A stretch of 64,000 bases of DNA from positions 4,506,716 to 4,570,715 of the forward strand of contig MU058337.1 of the NCBI GenBank assembly GCA_013265495.1. The letters run 5' to 3'. The notes beneath the pieces were generated by a model. The model ran no database searches and was not told the DNA's origin. It was given only the letters and a program-made list of their open reading frames with translations. Made by a program: the position numbers and the translations under genes. Below, in pieces: positions 13,900 through 26,899 of this stretch. This DNA is from Vicugna vicugna. Lineage: Eukaryota. Within the stretch, counting starts at the first letter, position 1; each line of letters starts with the position of its first letter.

Positions 13900-14695
13900 G
13901 AAGTTGTATTTCTGAAAGTTTGAAAAGTAAAAACATAAAAAAAGATGTGTCAGGCACACACACTAATTAGACAAAGGCAGACTAGACTATCAAATGAAAC
14001 AGACTTTAAGGAATAAAGAAGTTCCAAATATAATAATAACATTGTCAGTTCACCAAGAAGATACAGCAATCCCAGACTATATCATAATGTAGCCTCATAA
14101 AACACAGGGTGAATATTAGCAGAACCAAGAAGTTCACAAAACACTCGTTTTAGTAGAATATTTTAAATACTTCTCATAATGATTGATAGATGAAAGAAAA
14201 AAATGAGGAGAGATATCGAATATTTAAACGGTGTAATCAATGAACAATCTTAATCCAATGGATGTATATAGAACTTTGTGTTCAACAACTAGAGAATGCA
14301 CATTTTTTTTTCAAATACACACAGCAGATTTATAAAAATGAACTGTGTACTATACCACAGACGAAGTGTCAATATAACCGAAGAATTATTATACAGATTG
14401 TGTCCTTTTACTCCAATGCAATTCAGTAAAAAAAAGTAATAAAATAACTAAAAAGCATTATGTAGTTGAAAATATAAATATGCAGTGTTAAATAACACAT
14501 TCCAAAAAAGACATTTTAATGGAAATTAGAAATCACTTAGAACTGATAATAACTACACTACACATAAAAATTTGTGTGATGCATTTAATACTATATTTAA
14601 TAGGAAATGTATATCCTTAAATTCTTATATACATAAAGAAGGATAAAAATTAGTAAGATCCAACTTATGAAATAAAAAAGAGCACCAGAAAATAA
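13900..14695 (+). mobile_element. Ancient L1 ORF2 endonuclease-region remnant
   Basis: A-rich; TTCACCAAGAAGATAC, ATGGATGTATATAGAAC, GGAAATTAGAAA motifs; no intact frame. Confidence 0.7.
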
Positions 14696-14899
14696 TTCAT
14701 TTACCATATTCTATTTCCTTTTCTTTTTCATATCAATTTGCCACTTAACACTGTTGATTCTACTTTCAAATTATCTCTATATCTGTCTTTCCTTCTCTTT
14801 TATCTATGCTCTCGTATAGGTATAGTCTTTTTCATTTTTTCCTCATTTCATTGGCTTCCTTACAGTATTCTTTCTCACTCCCACCCCTCTCTAATCCAT

Positions 14900-15290
14900 T
14901 CACCTCCTTGTTTAAATTTATTAAGTATTTTGTTATTTCTGATGCTATGTAAATTAACTTTTTTTCTCTATTTCTTTTTCAGATAGCTCATTGCTAGTGT
15001 ACAGAAACACAACTGATATTTGTATGTTGATTTAGCATCCTGACACTTTACTGAATTTGTCTATTAGTTCTAACTTTTGGGGGGCATATACCCAGAGATG
15101 AGATTACTGGCTCATGTGGTAGTTCTATTACTGTTTTTTGAGGAACTGCCATATTTTTTTCCATGTGTTTGCACCAATTTACATTCCCACCTACAGTGTG
15201 CAAGGATTCCAATTTCTCCTCATTCTTGACGTTTGCCGTTTTCTGTGTTTTTGATGGCAGCCATCCTAATGGGGTTGAGGTGATTATTTA
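14900..15290 (-). mobile_element. L1 ORF2 fragments
   Basis: CAACTGATATTTGTATGTTG; GAGGAACTGCCATA...CCAATTTACATTCCCACC. Confidence 0.8.
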
Positions 15291-15784
15291 GGTATATTTT
15301 TAAACACGTAAAATTCAAGAGACCTCAGCCAGTATTAAACTTTGATTGACTTTCAAATTAAATATCTTCTTTAAACATCACATACAGAATACCAAGTCTT
15401 AGTGGCCACCCGTCTACCAAGTCCGTGAGAACAGGGACCACACCCTGGCACATGCCTAGCTCAGTGCTTAGCAGAGGTCTTGCACATGGGAGAGAGAGAG
15501 AGATCATGGCATATTTGTTGAATGAGTGAAGGGTGTGTTTTTATTGAGAATGAGCTTGGAAATGAACGATGTGGTGCTTGTTACCATTGGTGGATACCAG
15601 TGTCAAATGTGTAATTATTGACCAGGCTGGGGCTCATGGGACCCTCTGTTACTCTTTAGCTGCAGGCTGGAGGTGGATGACTCCTCTCCTTGTTGGTTGT
15701 CATCAGTTAATCTTGACCATTAGTGCCTAGTAAAGAGCTGACATTCTGTGTATTCCCTGAACGTCCAGCTGCCTTACATTTTAG

Positions 15785-15985
15785 AGAGGCAGCACAGTAG
15801 AATGAAGAAGCTTTGGGGAACATAGCTCTGTACCTACTAGGTATGTGATCTTTAAGAGTGAGCTCATGTCTCCAATGCCTTCATGTGTAAAATGGAATTA
15901 TGATACCTACTCCAGAAGATTGTCAGGAATTTAGATGAGATAATGTAGGTAAAGTGCAATGCCTGTGTATATAGACATTATTATT
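15785..15985 (+). mobile_element. MIR
   Basis: TCATGTGTAAAATGG...ACCTAC...ATGAGATAATG core. Confidence 0.65.
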
Positions 15986-16641
15986 GTAAATCTATTTTAA
16001 TTAATTATATTTTTTCCTTTAATGTGTGGCTTTTTTTTTCAATTGATGGGGAGATCTTGGCATTAAAATCTATGAATAAATTACAGGAAAAACTCCTAGG
16101 ATTTCTTTGGAGACTCATTAATGTTTTCTTTCAATTACTTCATTCGAATTGTTTTGATCAAAGGATAAAAATCTAGCACGGATGTGCTACTTTTTAATTT
16201 ATATTTCATCAACGGGAGTAAAAGTTGACTGAGATTGCCATATTCCATCTGGGCTCAAATAAAGAGGTGAGTTAAGCAGTAAATGCCCGGATCTCCATTA
16301 TTATGAAGGTCCTTGATCATGATGATGGAGTTTACATGCTCCTCTCCCATCTTTAATAAGCATATTTATGTCAGTTAACAAAGTCATCAGTGGGCATGCC
16401 TTTGAAAGTTCCAGAAGCATTGTGTAGAAATCAAATTTTTCTAGTGGGCATTCCAAAATTCAAAGGTACTTTGTCTACTCTATCTCGGGGAACATTCTAG
16501 CCTCATGGTTTAAAATCTCAATATCCTTAATCATGGTTTATTTAATACTTTTCCCACCAGATTAACCACAGGTTAAATACGTGTCATTAAATTGTGGAAT
16601 AGGTTACCAAAGGAGATCACGACATGTTTTTTTCTACTTAG

Positions 16642-16852
16642 AATTTCCATCCAATAGAAATTTCTGCATTGATGGAAATGTTCTATAATTCTGCCCTCAT
16701 AGAGTAGACACTGGCTGCATGTGGCTATTGAACACTTGAAATGTAGCTGGTGTGGCTGAGAAACTAAATTTTCGATTTTATTTGATTTTAATTAATGAAA
16801 ATTTAAACTTAAATAGCCACATGCAGGTAGTGTCTACCATATTGGGCAACTG
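16642..16852. mobile_element. MER3-like hAT-Charlie MITE
   Basis: TCCAATAGAAATTTCTGC...ATGTGGCTATTGAACACTTGAAATGT...AAATAGCCACATG...ACCATATTGG. Confidence 0.85.
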
Positions 16853-19189
16853 AAAAGCATAGCCTATCACACCTTCAGAAAAATGAGAGTTGGTAGACAA
16901 CCATATGAGGTATACCTGAAAATGGCCTAAACTGGGTAAACTTACCTGCAGCCCCTCACTTTGTCTTTTGTTTGTTTTGTTTTGTTTCAGTTTTGGTTTT
17001 AATGTATTGAAAGAAAAGTGTTATTCTAAACTAAGATTGACTCTTGCTTTAACTGCTGTTGGAGATAAGTAGGAGGAGGAGGAATAATGCATTTCGCAGG
17101 AAAAAATGTATTTCTCTACTGCTCCTTGCCTTTTGTTAAGGTGGGAGAGAAAAGATAGAAATAAAGGACTAAAATTTCAAAGCTTTGGTCAATTCCTCTG
17201 TATTGTTATTGGATGAGACCCAGGTTAGAAAGTCCATCCTTTAAGCAGAAATAGTAAGAACATTTAGGATAAACAAAAGTAGACCCAGAGTTCATAGGGA
17301 GTGAACAACGGCTTCATTGGAATTTCCAGGAAGATGAGCAGATAGTTGAAAATTAAGGGAGCTCCTGAGCAGAGCAGATGGAGACCAAAGAGAGAAGCGT
17401 GGGAACGGAAGCGGTGAGGGAGCGGCAGGAAGCCACAGCCCGGTTGGAGGCGGGGCCTACAGGGGAAGTAGCTGGTGAGTCATCCCTGGAACAGGAAGGC
17501 CACGTGACCCACATGGATGGTTAATTCCCCACGTTAAGTTTATTGCACTCCCACGTCGTAAGCCCTTCTTTTGCTCTCTTCTCTTTGGCAAACTCCACTC
17601 AACACACAAAGCATTGGGTGGACTGTTTGGGGGAAAGTAAAAGAAAAAGGGACTCTTCCCTATGTGTGTCGCACAGGGTGGGGAGAGCACCGGAGGCAAG
17701 TTCCAGGTAAGACGGAACTCCAGCAAGAGCAGCAAAAGTGACTGTGAGAACGTGACCCACAAATACCCCTGGATGGGTGAAGTGGTCAAAATCTCAGAGA
17801 GCTCAGCGACTTCCACAGGCGTCAAAATTGCATAAGGGAAGAAGATAATTGAATATGTTGAATTGGCCTTAGAGCTATGGAATCCTGTGTTTAGATCATG
17901 GTGAAGACTTTCCTATCACACAACATGTGCTATTTCTACTAAGATTTTTTTAAAGCCTTGGGTTATTGCTTGTATCATCAACAATTCTGGTTTACATTTA
18001 CAGTGATCTCCTGAGTGTGCTTCAGTAGCTGAGCTTATACTTGGGGCAAAAAGAAAAATCTCTTTCGATGTAGAAATGTATGCAAATGGGTATACAAAGA
18101 AAGATAAAACCTCAGAGCCCCCAGGTGACTGGTAGAGTTTGAGAGGAGCTATGACACATTTACAGAGAAATGGACGAGTCTTCTCTGGAAAATCCCAAGT
18201 GTAAATTAAAAAAAAAAAAACCCAACCCACAGATAAACAACAACAACAAAAAAAACACACAGTTTTTCCTGGATGTAAGAGGGTACAATTAAAAATGTAA
18301 GCATCCTTTTGACCATGACATTCTTTGATTTCCAAAACTAAAGTACATCCTTTATTTGAATCTAGCCAATCAAGTTCCTTTCTGCTTATCTTTCTCTTTC
18401 TGCCATGAAATTCTGAGAGTTACAAAGTGTTTCACTACTTTGGCTAACTTTCTTTTCCACAAGTACTGTGAAACGCACCGGTTGCCATATACAAAGTGTC
18501 AGTGCTCAGGCAACATTTGATCTGCCAAGCTCCTCACAATGTGTGCTTCAAACACACTCCAGGGCTCCTGGCTGAGGCCATCTGTTAGATTTGAAGACCA
18601 GATTTCAAGATGTTGGTGACTGGACTCATGCACATTCTGTCCTGTTGTTTGCAACTCCTCCTACAGCAAAGTATCCTCCTGTCGGAATCTAGAAAGAAGT
18701 CCAAGTCTTTTGTGCTTTTGTTCCACAAGCTGCTGTCACCTGGGTGAGACAAACCTTTGATACACCCTTTTCCTTTCCTGTACCTTGGGTCTTTTCAGAT
18801 GATGAATGAGCTGAGTTCCAGATGGCATCTGACTGGGGGAAAGGGAACACATTTGTGTCCTCGGTGAGCTACTCTCTCCTTTGAATGAACTGTAGGCAGA
18901 GAACTTAGCCTGGGGAACAGGCACTTGGTGTATAAAAAATAATAGGGTACTGCTTTTAAAATTGCACTGCTCCTCTCATTCCAAGAGTGGGGAAAGCTCC
19001 CATTTAGGAGGGGTGGGGTTCATGGCAAATACTTTATTAGAATTTTTGTTACACAAAATAATATTGAAAGCCTGGTGTAGAATAAAGAATCTGGGATAAA
19101 GATATTTTGCATGATAATAGAAAAGGTTGTCTTGCTGGTGGTCAGGAGGGCATTTTGAGAGCTGATTATTATAGGTCAACTGTTTTGGG

Positions 19190-21453
19190 TTTTTTTGATG
19201 ATTTAATCATTTTTAACATTTTTTATTGATTTATAATCATTTTACAATGTTGTGTCAAATTCCAGTGTAGAGCACAATTTTTCATTTATACATGAACATA
19301 TATATATTCATTGTCACATTTTTTTTCTCTGTGAGCTACCATAAGATCTTGTGTATATTTCCCTGTGCTGTACAGTATAATCTTGTTTATCTATTCTACA
19401 ATTTTGAAATCCCAGTCTATCTCTTCCAACCCTCCGCCCCCTTGGCAACCACAAGTTTGTATTCTATGTCTCTGAGTATATTTCTGTTTTGTATTTATGC
19501 TTTGTTTGTTTTTGGGTTTTTTTTAAGATTCCACATATGAGCAATCTCATATGGTATTTTTCTTTCTCTTTCTGGCTTATTTCACTTAGAATGACATTCT
19601 CTAGGAGCATCCATGTTGCTTCAAATGGCGTTATGTTGTCGGTTTTTATGGCTGAGTTGTATTCCATTGTATAAATATACCACCTCTTCTTTATCCAGTC
19701 ATCCGTTGATGGACATTTAGGCTGCCTCCATGTCTTGGCTATTGTAAATAGTGCTGCTATGAACATTGGGGTGCAGGTGTCATTTTGAAGTAGGGTTCCT
19801 TCTGGATATATGCCTAGGAGCGGGATTCCTGGGTCATAGGGTAAGTCTGTTCCTGGTCTTTTGAGGAATCTCCATACTGTTTTCCACAGTGGCTGCACCA
19901 AACTGCATTCCCACCAGCAGTGTAGGAGGGTTCCCCTTTCTCCACAGCCTCTCCAGTATTTGTCATTTGTGGATTTTTNNNNNNNNNNNNNNNNNNNNNN
20001 NNNNNNNNNNNNNNNNNNNNNNNNNNNNNNNNNNNNNNNNNNNNNNNNNNNNNNNNNNNNNNNNNNNNNNNNNNNNNNNNNNNNNNNNNNNNNNNNNNNN
20101 NNNNNNNNNNNNNNNNNNNNNNNNNNNNNNNNNNNNNNNNNNNNNNNNNNNNNNNNNNNNNNNNNNNNNNNNNNNNNNNNNNNNNNNNNNNNNNNNNNNN
20201 NNNNNNNNNNNNNNNNNNNNNNNNNNNNNNNNNNNNNNNNNNNNNNNNNNNNNNNNNNNNNNNNNNNNNNNNNNNNNNNNNNNNNNNNNNNNNNNNNNNN
20301 NNNNNNNNNNNNNNNNNNNNNNNNNNNNNNNNNNNNNNNNNNNNNNNNNNNNNNNNNNNNNNNNNNNNNNNNNNNNNNNNNNNNNNNNNNNNNNNNNNNN
20401 NNNNNNNNNNNNNNNNNNNNNNNNNNNNNNNNNNNNNNNNNNNNNNNNNNNNNNNNNNNNNNNNNNNNNNNNNNNNNNNNNNNNNNNNNNNNNNNNNNNN
20501 NNNNNNNNNNNNNNNNNNNNNNNNNNNNNNNNNNNNNNNNNNNNNNNNNNNNNNNNNNNNNNNNNNNNNNNNNNNNNNNNNNNNNNNNNNNNNNNNNNNN
20601 NNNNNNNNNNNNNNNNNNNNNNNNNNNNNNNNNNNNNNNNNNNNNNNNNNNNNNNNNNNNNNNNNNNNNNNNNNNNNNNNNNNNNNNNNNNNNNNNNNNN
20701 NNNNNNNNNNNNNNNNNATTGCATTAAGTCTGTAGATTGCCTTGGGCAGTGTGACCATTTTAACAATATTGATTCTTCCAATCCAGGAGCATGGGATATC
20801 TTTCCATTTTTTTAAGTCTTCTTTAATTTCCTTCCTCAATGGTTTATAGTTTTCTGTGTATAATTCTTTCACCTCCCTGGTTAGATTTATTCCCAGATAT
20901 TTTATTACTTTGGGTGCTATTTTAAAGGGGATTGTTTCTTTACTTTCTTTTTCTGTTGATTCATTGTTACTGCAAAGAAATGCAACTGATTTTTGAACGT
21001 TAATCTTGTAACCTGCTACTTTGCGGAATTCTTCGATCAGCTCTAATAGTTTTTGTGTGGACCTTTTAGGGTTTTCTATATATGGTAACATGTCATCTGC
21101 ATATGTGACACTTTTACCTCTTCTTTTTCAATTTGGATCCCTTTTATTTCTGTCTCTTGCCTGATTGCTGTGGCTAAGACTTCTAAGACTATGTTGAATA
21201 GGAGTGGTGACAGTGGGCATCCTTGTCTTGTCCCAGATTTTAGTGGGAAGCTTTTGAGTTTTTCACCATTGAGTACTATGCTGGCTGTAGGTTTGTCATG
21301 TATATAGCTTTTATGATGTTGAGATATGTTCCCTCTATACCCACTTTGGTGAGAGTTTTTATTATAAATGGGTGTTGAATTTTATCAAATGCTTTTTCTG
21401 CATCTATTGAGATGATCATGTGTTTTTTGTCCTTTCTCTTGTTGATGTGATGT
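19190..21453 (-). mobile_element. Relatively young 5'-truncated L1 (RT domain to 3' UTR), spanning an assembly gap
   Basis: Minus strand encodes [30 protein letters not shown]...GYKINVQKS and the C-terminal [19 protein letters not shown] of ORF2p; T-rich tail at the left end. Confidence 0.97.
19979..20717. other. Assembly gap (N run)
   Basis: Run of N inside the L1. Confidence 1.
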
Positions 21454-22630
21454 GATCAACTCATTTTTATCTTCTGTTGGCTAGACAGCAATAAAAGACT
21501 GAGAGAAGATTTGTTGGGTACTGGACTTGGAAAGAGAAGAAATGGATTTCTAAGGACTAAATGATTGGGGTGGGGAGAGAAAGAGACAGAGAGATTGCAT
21601 TAGAATTTATGAACATTATAGTTTTCTGGACATGTCAGGTTATAGTCTTCATATCAAGACACTAGCAATGTCCAAATGCTTGTGTGAATTTTCCCAGCAC
21701 TTGCAGATAGCTGCTTTAGAACATAAGATGCTGAGAGCCTCAAGAGAAAGACGGTATCTTTGTGTGCAGTCACCAAAATTTTTCTCAATTTGCTCACCTG
21801 GATTACTTCAGTTTGTTGATGTGTAGTGGTTTTGATATGATTTCAGATCCACTTGTTTATGACAAAAATGAAGTTGCTTTTGTAAGTAAAGTTGTTTTGA
21901 TAGGAAAGGATGTCATCATTGACATCTGTGGTTGCCGGGGAATACTCTGTGGCTCAGCGGCTCAGGAGCTCCACTGGGGCTTACCAATAAGAACATATAA
22001 AAAAGCTGTTATGGCGAGGGGGCATTTAGACTGGAAAACTCAGTTTGTGAGGACCATTTGAGAGTGTTCAGCCTGGGCAAGACGACTCTTTGCTGATCTA
22101 AATACCTCTCGGAAGACTTTGGTCCATTAGTTTCTTCCTGGGTAAGGCAACTCTCTACTGGGCAGGGGTGAAAATTGTGCAGCGCCCCACGAAGAGATCA
22201 TCTTGCCACCAACACCAGCGCCTTTGATCCCTAGCAACGCGCTCCTTCATCAAGGGACTTTTAGCTCTTGGTTGGCTAAGCTGTCTCCTCCGAAAACCAA
22301 CCAGTAGAAAGTTACGTCTCAGCTAAATTTGGACTTTATTCTTCCCATTTCCCTCTTGCCTCGAACAACAGTGTGTTATTGATCTATTGTTGGTCTGGTG
22401 TGTGTTATTCCTTTATTGGCTTATTAAGAGACATTATTCTGTATCCTACTGGTTTGTGAAGTTATTACAATTCCCTCAGGGAATCTGTGATAAAATACTG
22501 GCAAAGACAATCTCAGTCTTTGAGCATAATCTGCTCCCAAACAATAGACCTGGTGCTCAAAAGATAAGATGTGTTTTTGTGAAGGAAGTGTATTTTGAAA
22601 AATTGTCCAGCGGGGTAGAGCGAGGGGAGG

Positions 22631-23118
22631 TGATGTGTGTGAATAGGTTCTTGCCTGCCTCACGCAGGGAAGAATTCAAGAGCAAGTCATGAAAGCAAGT
22701 TTAAAGTAAAGTGAATGCAAGTTTATTTAGAGAGAGACACTCTTCACAGAGAGTGGGGTCTGCCTCACTCAGAAGGGAGACCGTCTAAGGAGACACATGC
22801 TCCGCAGGCAGAATGCGGGCCATCTCAGAAAGGTGAGAGGGAGAGAAGCCGAGAGGTGGGGCTGTTTAGTTTCAGGAAAAAGTAGATGCACACCCCATAG
22901 ACAGAGTGCGGCCGTCTCAGAAGGCAAGAGAGAGCGACCGCGAGGTGCAACGTTGTTAGGTTTTATGGGCTCAGTAGTTTCATATGCTAATGAGAAGGAG
23001 GGTTATTCCAACTGCTCTGGAGAAAGGGCCAGGATTTCCAGGAAACACCTTCCTCTGCCCACTTTTTGGCCTTTTATGGTCAGCCCGGGAATGGTCATGG
23101 GGACTGTGGGTGTGCCAT
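22631..23118 (-). mobile_element. MER41-like ERV1 solo LTR (partial)
   Basis: Resembles reverse MER41: GGTTCTTG...AAGAATTC...GTAAAGTGAA.GCAAGTTTATT...CCATAGACAGAG...ATATGCTAA...GTCATGG; minus-strand AATAAA at 22722-22727. Confidence 0.8.
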
Positions 23119-23795
23119 GAGGCTCAAGGTCAATGAGTCTGGCCCTCCCCTGCCAATCTTTGAAGATCTATTCCTTCTCATTGTGTAAACTGACTCCTTC
23201 ATACACCCAACAACAAAATCTCCCTTCCCTGGCCTTCCCATCAACTCCCACACCCGCACACCTGACAGGGGCAGGAATCTGAGGGGCTTTCCCAGTGGAC
23301 GTGTTGATAGTCTCAGATAGTCACTAGTCATAATGTCAGAGAGGAAGCCAGAAGTCTACTGGTCCTCTGCTGTCCCTGGAGCCGTTGCTGCCACATGGTG
23401 TCACTGTTGAAACACAGGCCGACCGGCTGCCCCAGTGCTGTCTCCTTTGTCCCCAGAACTGGGCATGGGCCTCCCAACCTCGATCTCCCCTCGCTAAAGC
23501 ACCTGGTGACCTGGAATTTGATGCAATCCCTGGTGGCTCTCTGGCTTTGGGCCTCGACTCAGACCCTTCTTTCCATGGGGTAGAGGCCACATCATGGATT
23601 ACACATTCCTATGTGACACACAGGTACTTGAGTTACCTGTTTCAGGTGTGCAAACAGAGCCCCCAGACTCTTGGACCTTACATACCAGCCATCGGGTTCA
23701 ACTTCACTCATCAGTAACGTGGGTCCTTGAGTTTTGACGTGTGGTGAGGGTGATCTGATACATCTAGCTCTACCCATTTCCCCCACTTTCAACCA

Positions 23796-23797
23796 TA

Positions 23798-23832
<35 letters not shown>

Positions 23833-23860
23833 ATACACACACATACATACACACATACAT
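23796..23860. repeat. (ATCT)n microsatellite followed by CA/TACA repeats
   Basis: About 8 ATCT units seen directly. Confidence 0.95.
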
Positions 23861-25699
23861 GTTTGTAAATATTTATAATATGAAATATATGTAAAGTATA
23901 CATATACATGCTTTTGCTGTTGGATGTGTGAGGGAGTCAGTTTACTCAATGGGAAGGAATAGAGGATGGTGATTATTTCCTCCAACCCTGCTCTTAGAAT
24001 GGGCAAAAAAGCCTTTATATTTTCAGGGTCCAAGTCTTTCTTTCTCACCTAAAGGGGAAGAAGATTTTTTGTGGGGAAGATTTTTTTGTATCTCAACAGT
24101 CCAGGGCCCTTTTTTGAGTAATCATTTTCTCTTTTAGAGAAAAGGAGCTGGTATTTCAGGGATGGAAAAAAAAAACAGCCCAACTCTGTGGGTAGCTCCA
24201 AATTCAGGAGGAAAGGGGATGGTGGCTGCGGGCTTTCTTGTGGGCGGGCGACACGCACGTGGGCAGCACAACACTGCTGTGGCCTCGGGCTCCGGAAATT
24301 GCTGGTGCACAAACCTGGTGCTGCAGCTGGTCACCTGGGCCACGGCACCTGAAGCAGAGGAGGTGAAAATGCAGCTTTCAGAGGACCTGACTGGCCTGAA
24401 CCTGCAGCTGGTGACTGCTCTGCCCTGTTGACATGGGGAGCGCGAGTTGGGAGACCAGAGTGAGCAGGAAAAGCTCACTTCCTTTCTTAGAAGTGGACGT
24501 TTGGGGGAAACCCTCCGAGACACACAGAACATTCAGCTTCTTTGACCATCCAAGGGAGAGTGGGAGAACCCCCAAGAGTTTAAGAACGGACTCCATGTCA
24601 ATCTGGCATTTGGATGCCAGGCCAGATTAAATTTAATCTGGAGACGTTCAAGCCACGTGAGACTGCATCCTAGAGCAGAGTAGTCGCGTTAGAACTGCCC
24701 ACGTGCTGACAACTACCCATCCAGGTTCAAGCGTCCCCCGCCTGATCAGTTTCATCATCTCAGGGAACCAGAGTCTCATCTTTTCAATTTCAGTATCTCT
24801 GAGTCTCAAGGGTGGAAGAAGCCCTTTCTTCTCTCAGATTAGCTTCACTTTCTGTCCCCAGAGATAATTCGTTCAGAAGAAATAGATACCTGGTAATGTA
24901 TATTATTCAAGATATGTCGAAGTTTTACTGTAGGTATTCATTGTACTCAGGTCATGGTGGTACGAGCCCATCCCTGAGGCTCTACTCAACAAGTTTTCCT
25001 TGAACCACTGGTAGGCTATTAATAGCATTTGTCCCAGAAATCATTCGCAAATAGTCGCTGGTCTGTGCTCAAGAGGAAATGCCAGGCACTTTCCTATGCT
25101 CTCAACTGGTGACTGCTCTCATACACTCTTCCTTCCCAAATTCGTATTAATATTTCTTTTCTGCTTCTTCTGGGCACCTGGGGGAGTATCTCTTTACCCC
25201 TCATGGATCTCATGCCTGCAGTAGACCAACCAAAAATCTTCTCTGATCCCGTCCCCATTTATGTTTCACTCTCTTATGTTGTAACACAACCCTTGGACAG
25301 TCTCACTGTCCTTGTCCAGTACAATACAGACTTGCTCAGCCCATATACCCTTTGGCTTGAACTCTGCCTCCCTTGGAGCTGAGACTTGAAAATGGGACCT
25401 GTCTGGATTTACTTTGGACTTGGTTTCCGATTTTTAGATCCTTTAGGCAAATAACACTACTTCCTCCATTTCATTTTATTCCTCCTTCTGATCTTTTAAT
25501 TTTTACCTTCTTGTCTCTTTTCTCAATGTGCTATACACCTCTACTACATTCTTGACATAATATAGAGTGATTTCTTTTTCTTGAATCAAGCACTAACTGC
25601 AATGATCTTTGTTTCCGGTGAGTTCAAGCATCATCTTTACTTCGTGTTTACTTAAAAGCCATAATGGAAATCTGTTCGCTTCTCTGCCGTGATCAGCAC

Positions 25700-26100
25700 C
25701 TGCTCATCATATCCATGTGGTTTGAATGAGTGCTACTGTGTTATTATACACTCTACATACATGACCGCTTTTAATTTGCCCATAGGTGGCCAACTGGCCT
25801 AAGCTGATCCAATCAGGGCATTTCTCTGGAATTTCTAAACTTGGATCCGGAGAACAAGTTTCAAACCTTCTCTGTTGCTGAAGCCTTGGGGCTTCCAGGA
25901 ATTATTTTTTTCCCCAAACTTGTAGACAAAGCTGCTATGGTGGAATAAAGCTGATACACTGGGAGGAACAGAGATGATAGACAGAAAACCTACTTTCCTT
26001 TCAGCCTTGAGAATCAGTGAAAATTTTGTTCTTCTCATACTTAACAGAGTCAATAGTTAGAGTCGTGTTCCTGTCACTTGCAACCCAAAAAGTCTTTAAT
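25700..26100 (+). mobile_element. Old MaLR (MLT1J/K-like) LTR
   Basis: CCAATCAG internal motif; 3' end CTGTCACTTGCAACCCAAAAAGTC. Confidence 0.55.
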
Positions 26101-26899
26101 GTGAGAAAAATAATTCAGACCGCGTGAGACTGCTCAGTGGCAATGATTAGTCTGTAGTTGGCCAATATTGATGCTAAAGTGTCAGGAAAAGGAGTTTATA
26201 AAGTCACAGAGATTACTAAAAAGGGGGCAATAGAGAAGTGAGAACTGGTGTTTTCCATGGTAATGAGAAAAAGATAATGCATATCCCTTGCTGCTTCTTC
26301 CCTTTAATCTTTGTTGATAAACACTTATGATTAAAGTGTGTGCTATTGACATGGTTAATACCTACGGCACAGTTAACTCGCATCTTAACTTACCTTCTCT
26401 ACTCCAATCACATGGAAGTGATGAATATAATATCAAAACCAGAAACCAAAATTATGTATCTAGGGTCAAAAAATCAAGGCGGATATTTTCACAGACCAGA
26501 AATAGAAGAGAAACCTTCAACAGAGGTGGAGGCTGAAGCCACAGTGAGGTTGTCAGGGCGGAAGTAGCAGGGAGATTCATTCTTAAGAAGTAATGGGGTC
26601 TGGAGGCCAGGAGCTGGGATGGAACCCTTTGTCTGTCAATAGACTCTGAAACTCAATGGTTCTTGTTATCCCCTGGGACTTGGGAAGTGAGGAGATTAGG
26701 GAAAGAGGATGAAATCAGGTATGGCATGGTCAAGTATTGCCTTGGGGATTAAAGGTACAGTATCCTGAGTATCATTGAAGCTGTGAGTACCAACGTTGCC
26801 ATCAGTTCTGGTCTGGACTGTGGTCCTGGAAACTGCTGGATGGAGGCAACCATGAGAGCAGAGTGAGGGAGAACAGGAAAGAGAGAAACAAAAATCCAA

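Noticed and set aside
19814..21091. ORFs of 272-425 aa
   Set aside because: Lengths are inflated by the N gap; the real parts are L1 ORF2 fragments.
23365..23390. REST/RE1-like GCTGTCCCTGGAGC
   Set aside because: Several mismatches in the GGTGCTGA half; no convincing full RE1 was seen in the window.
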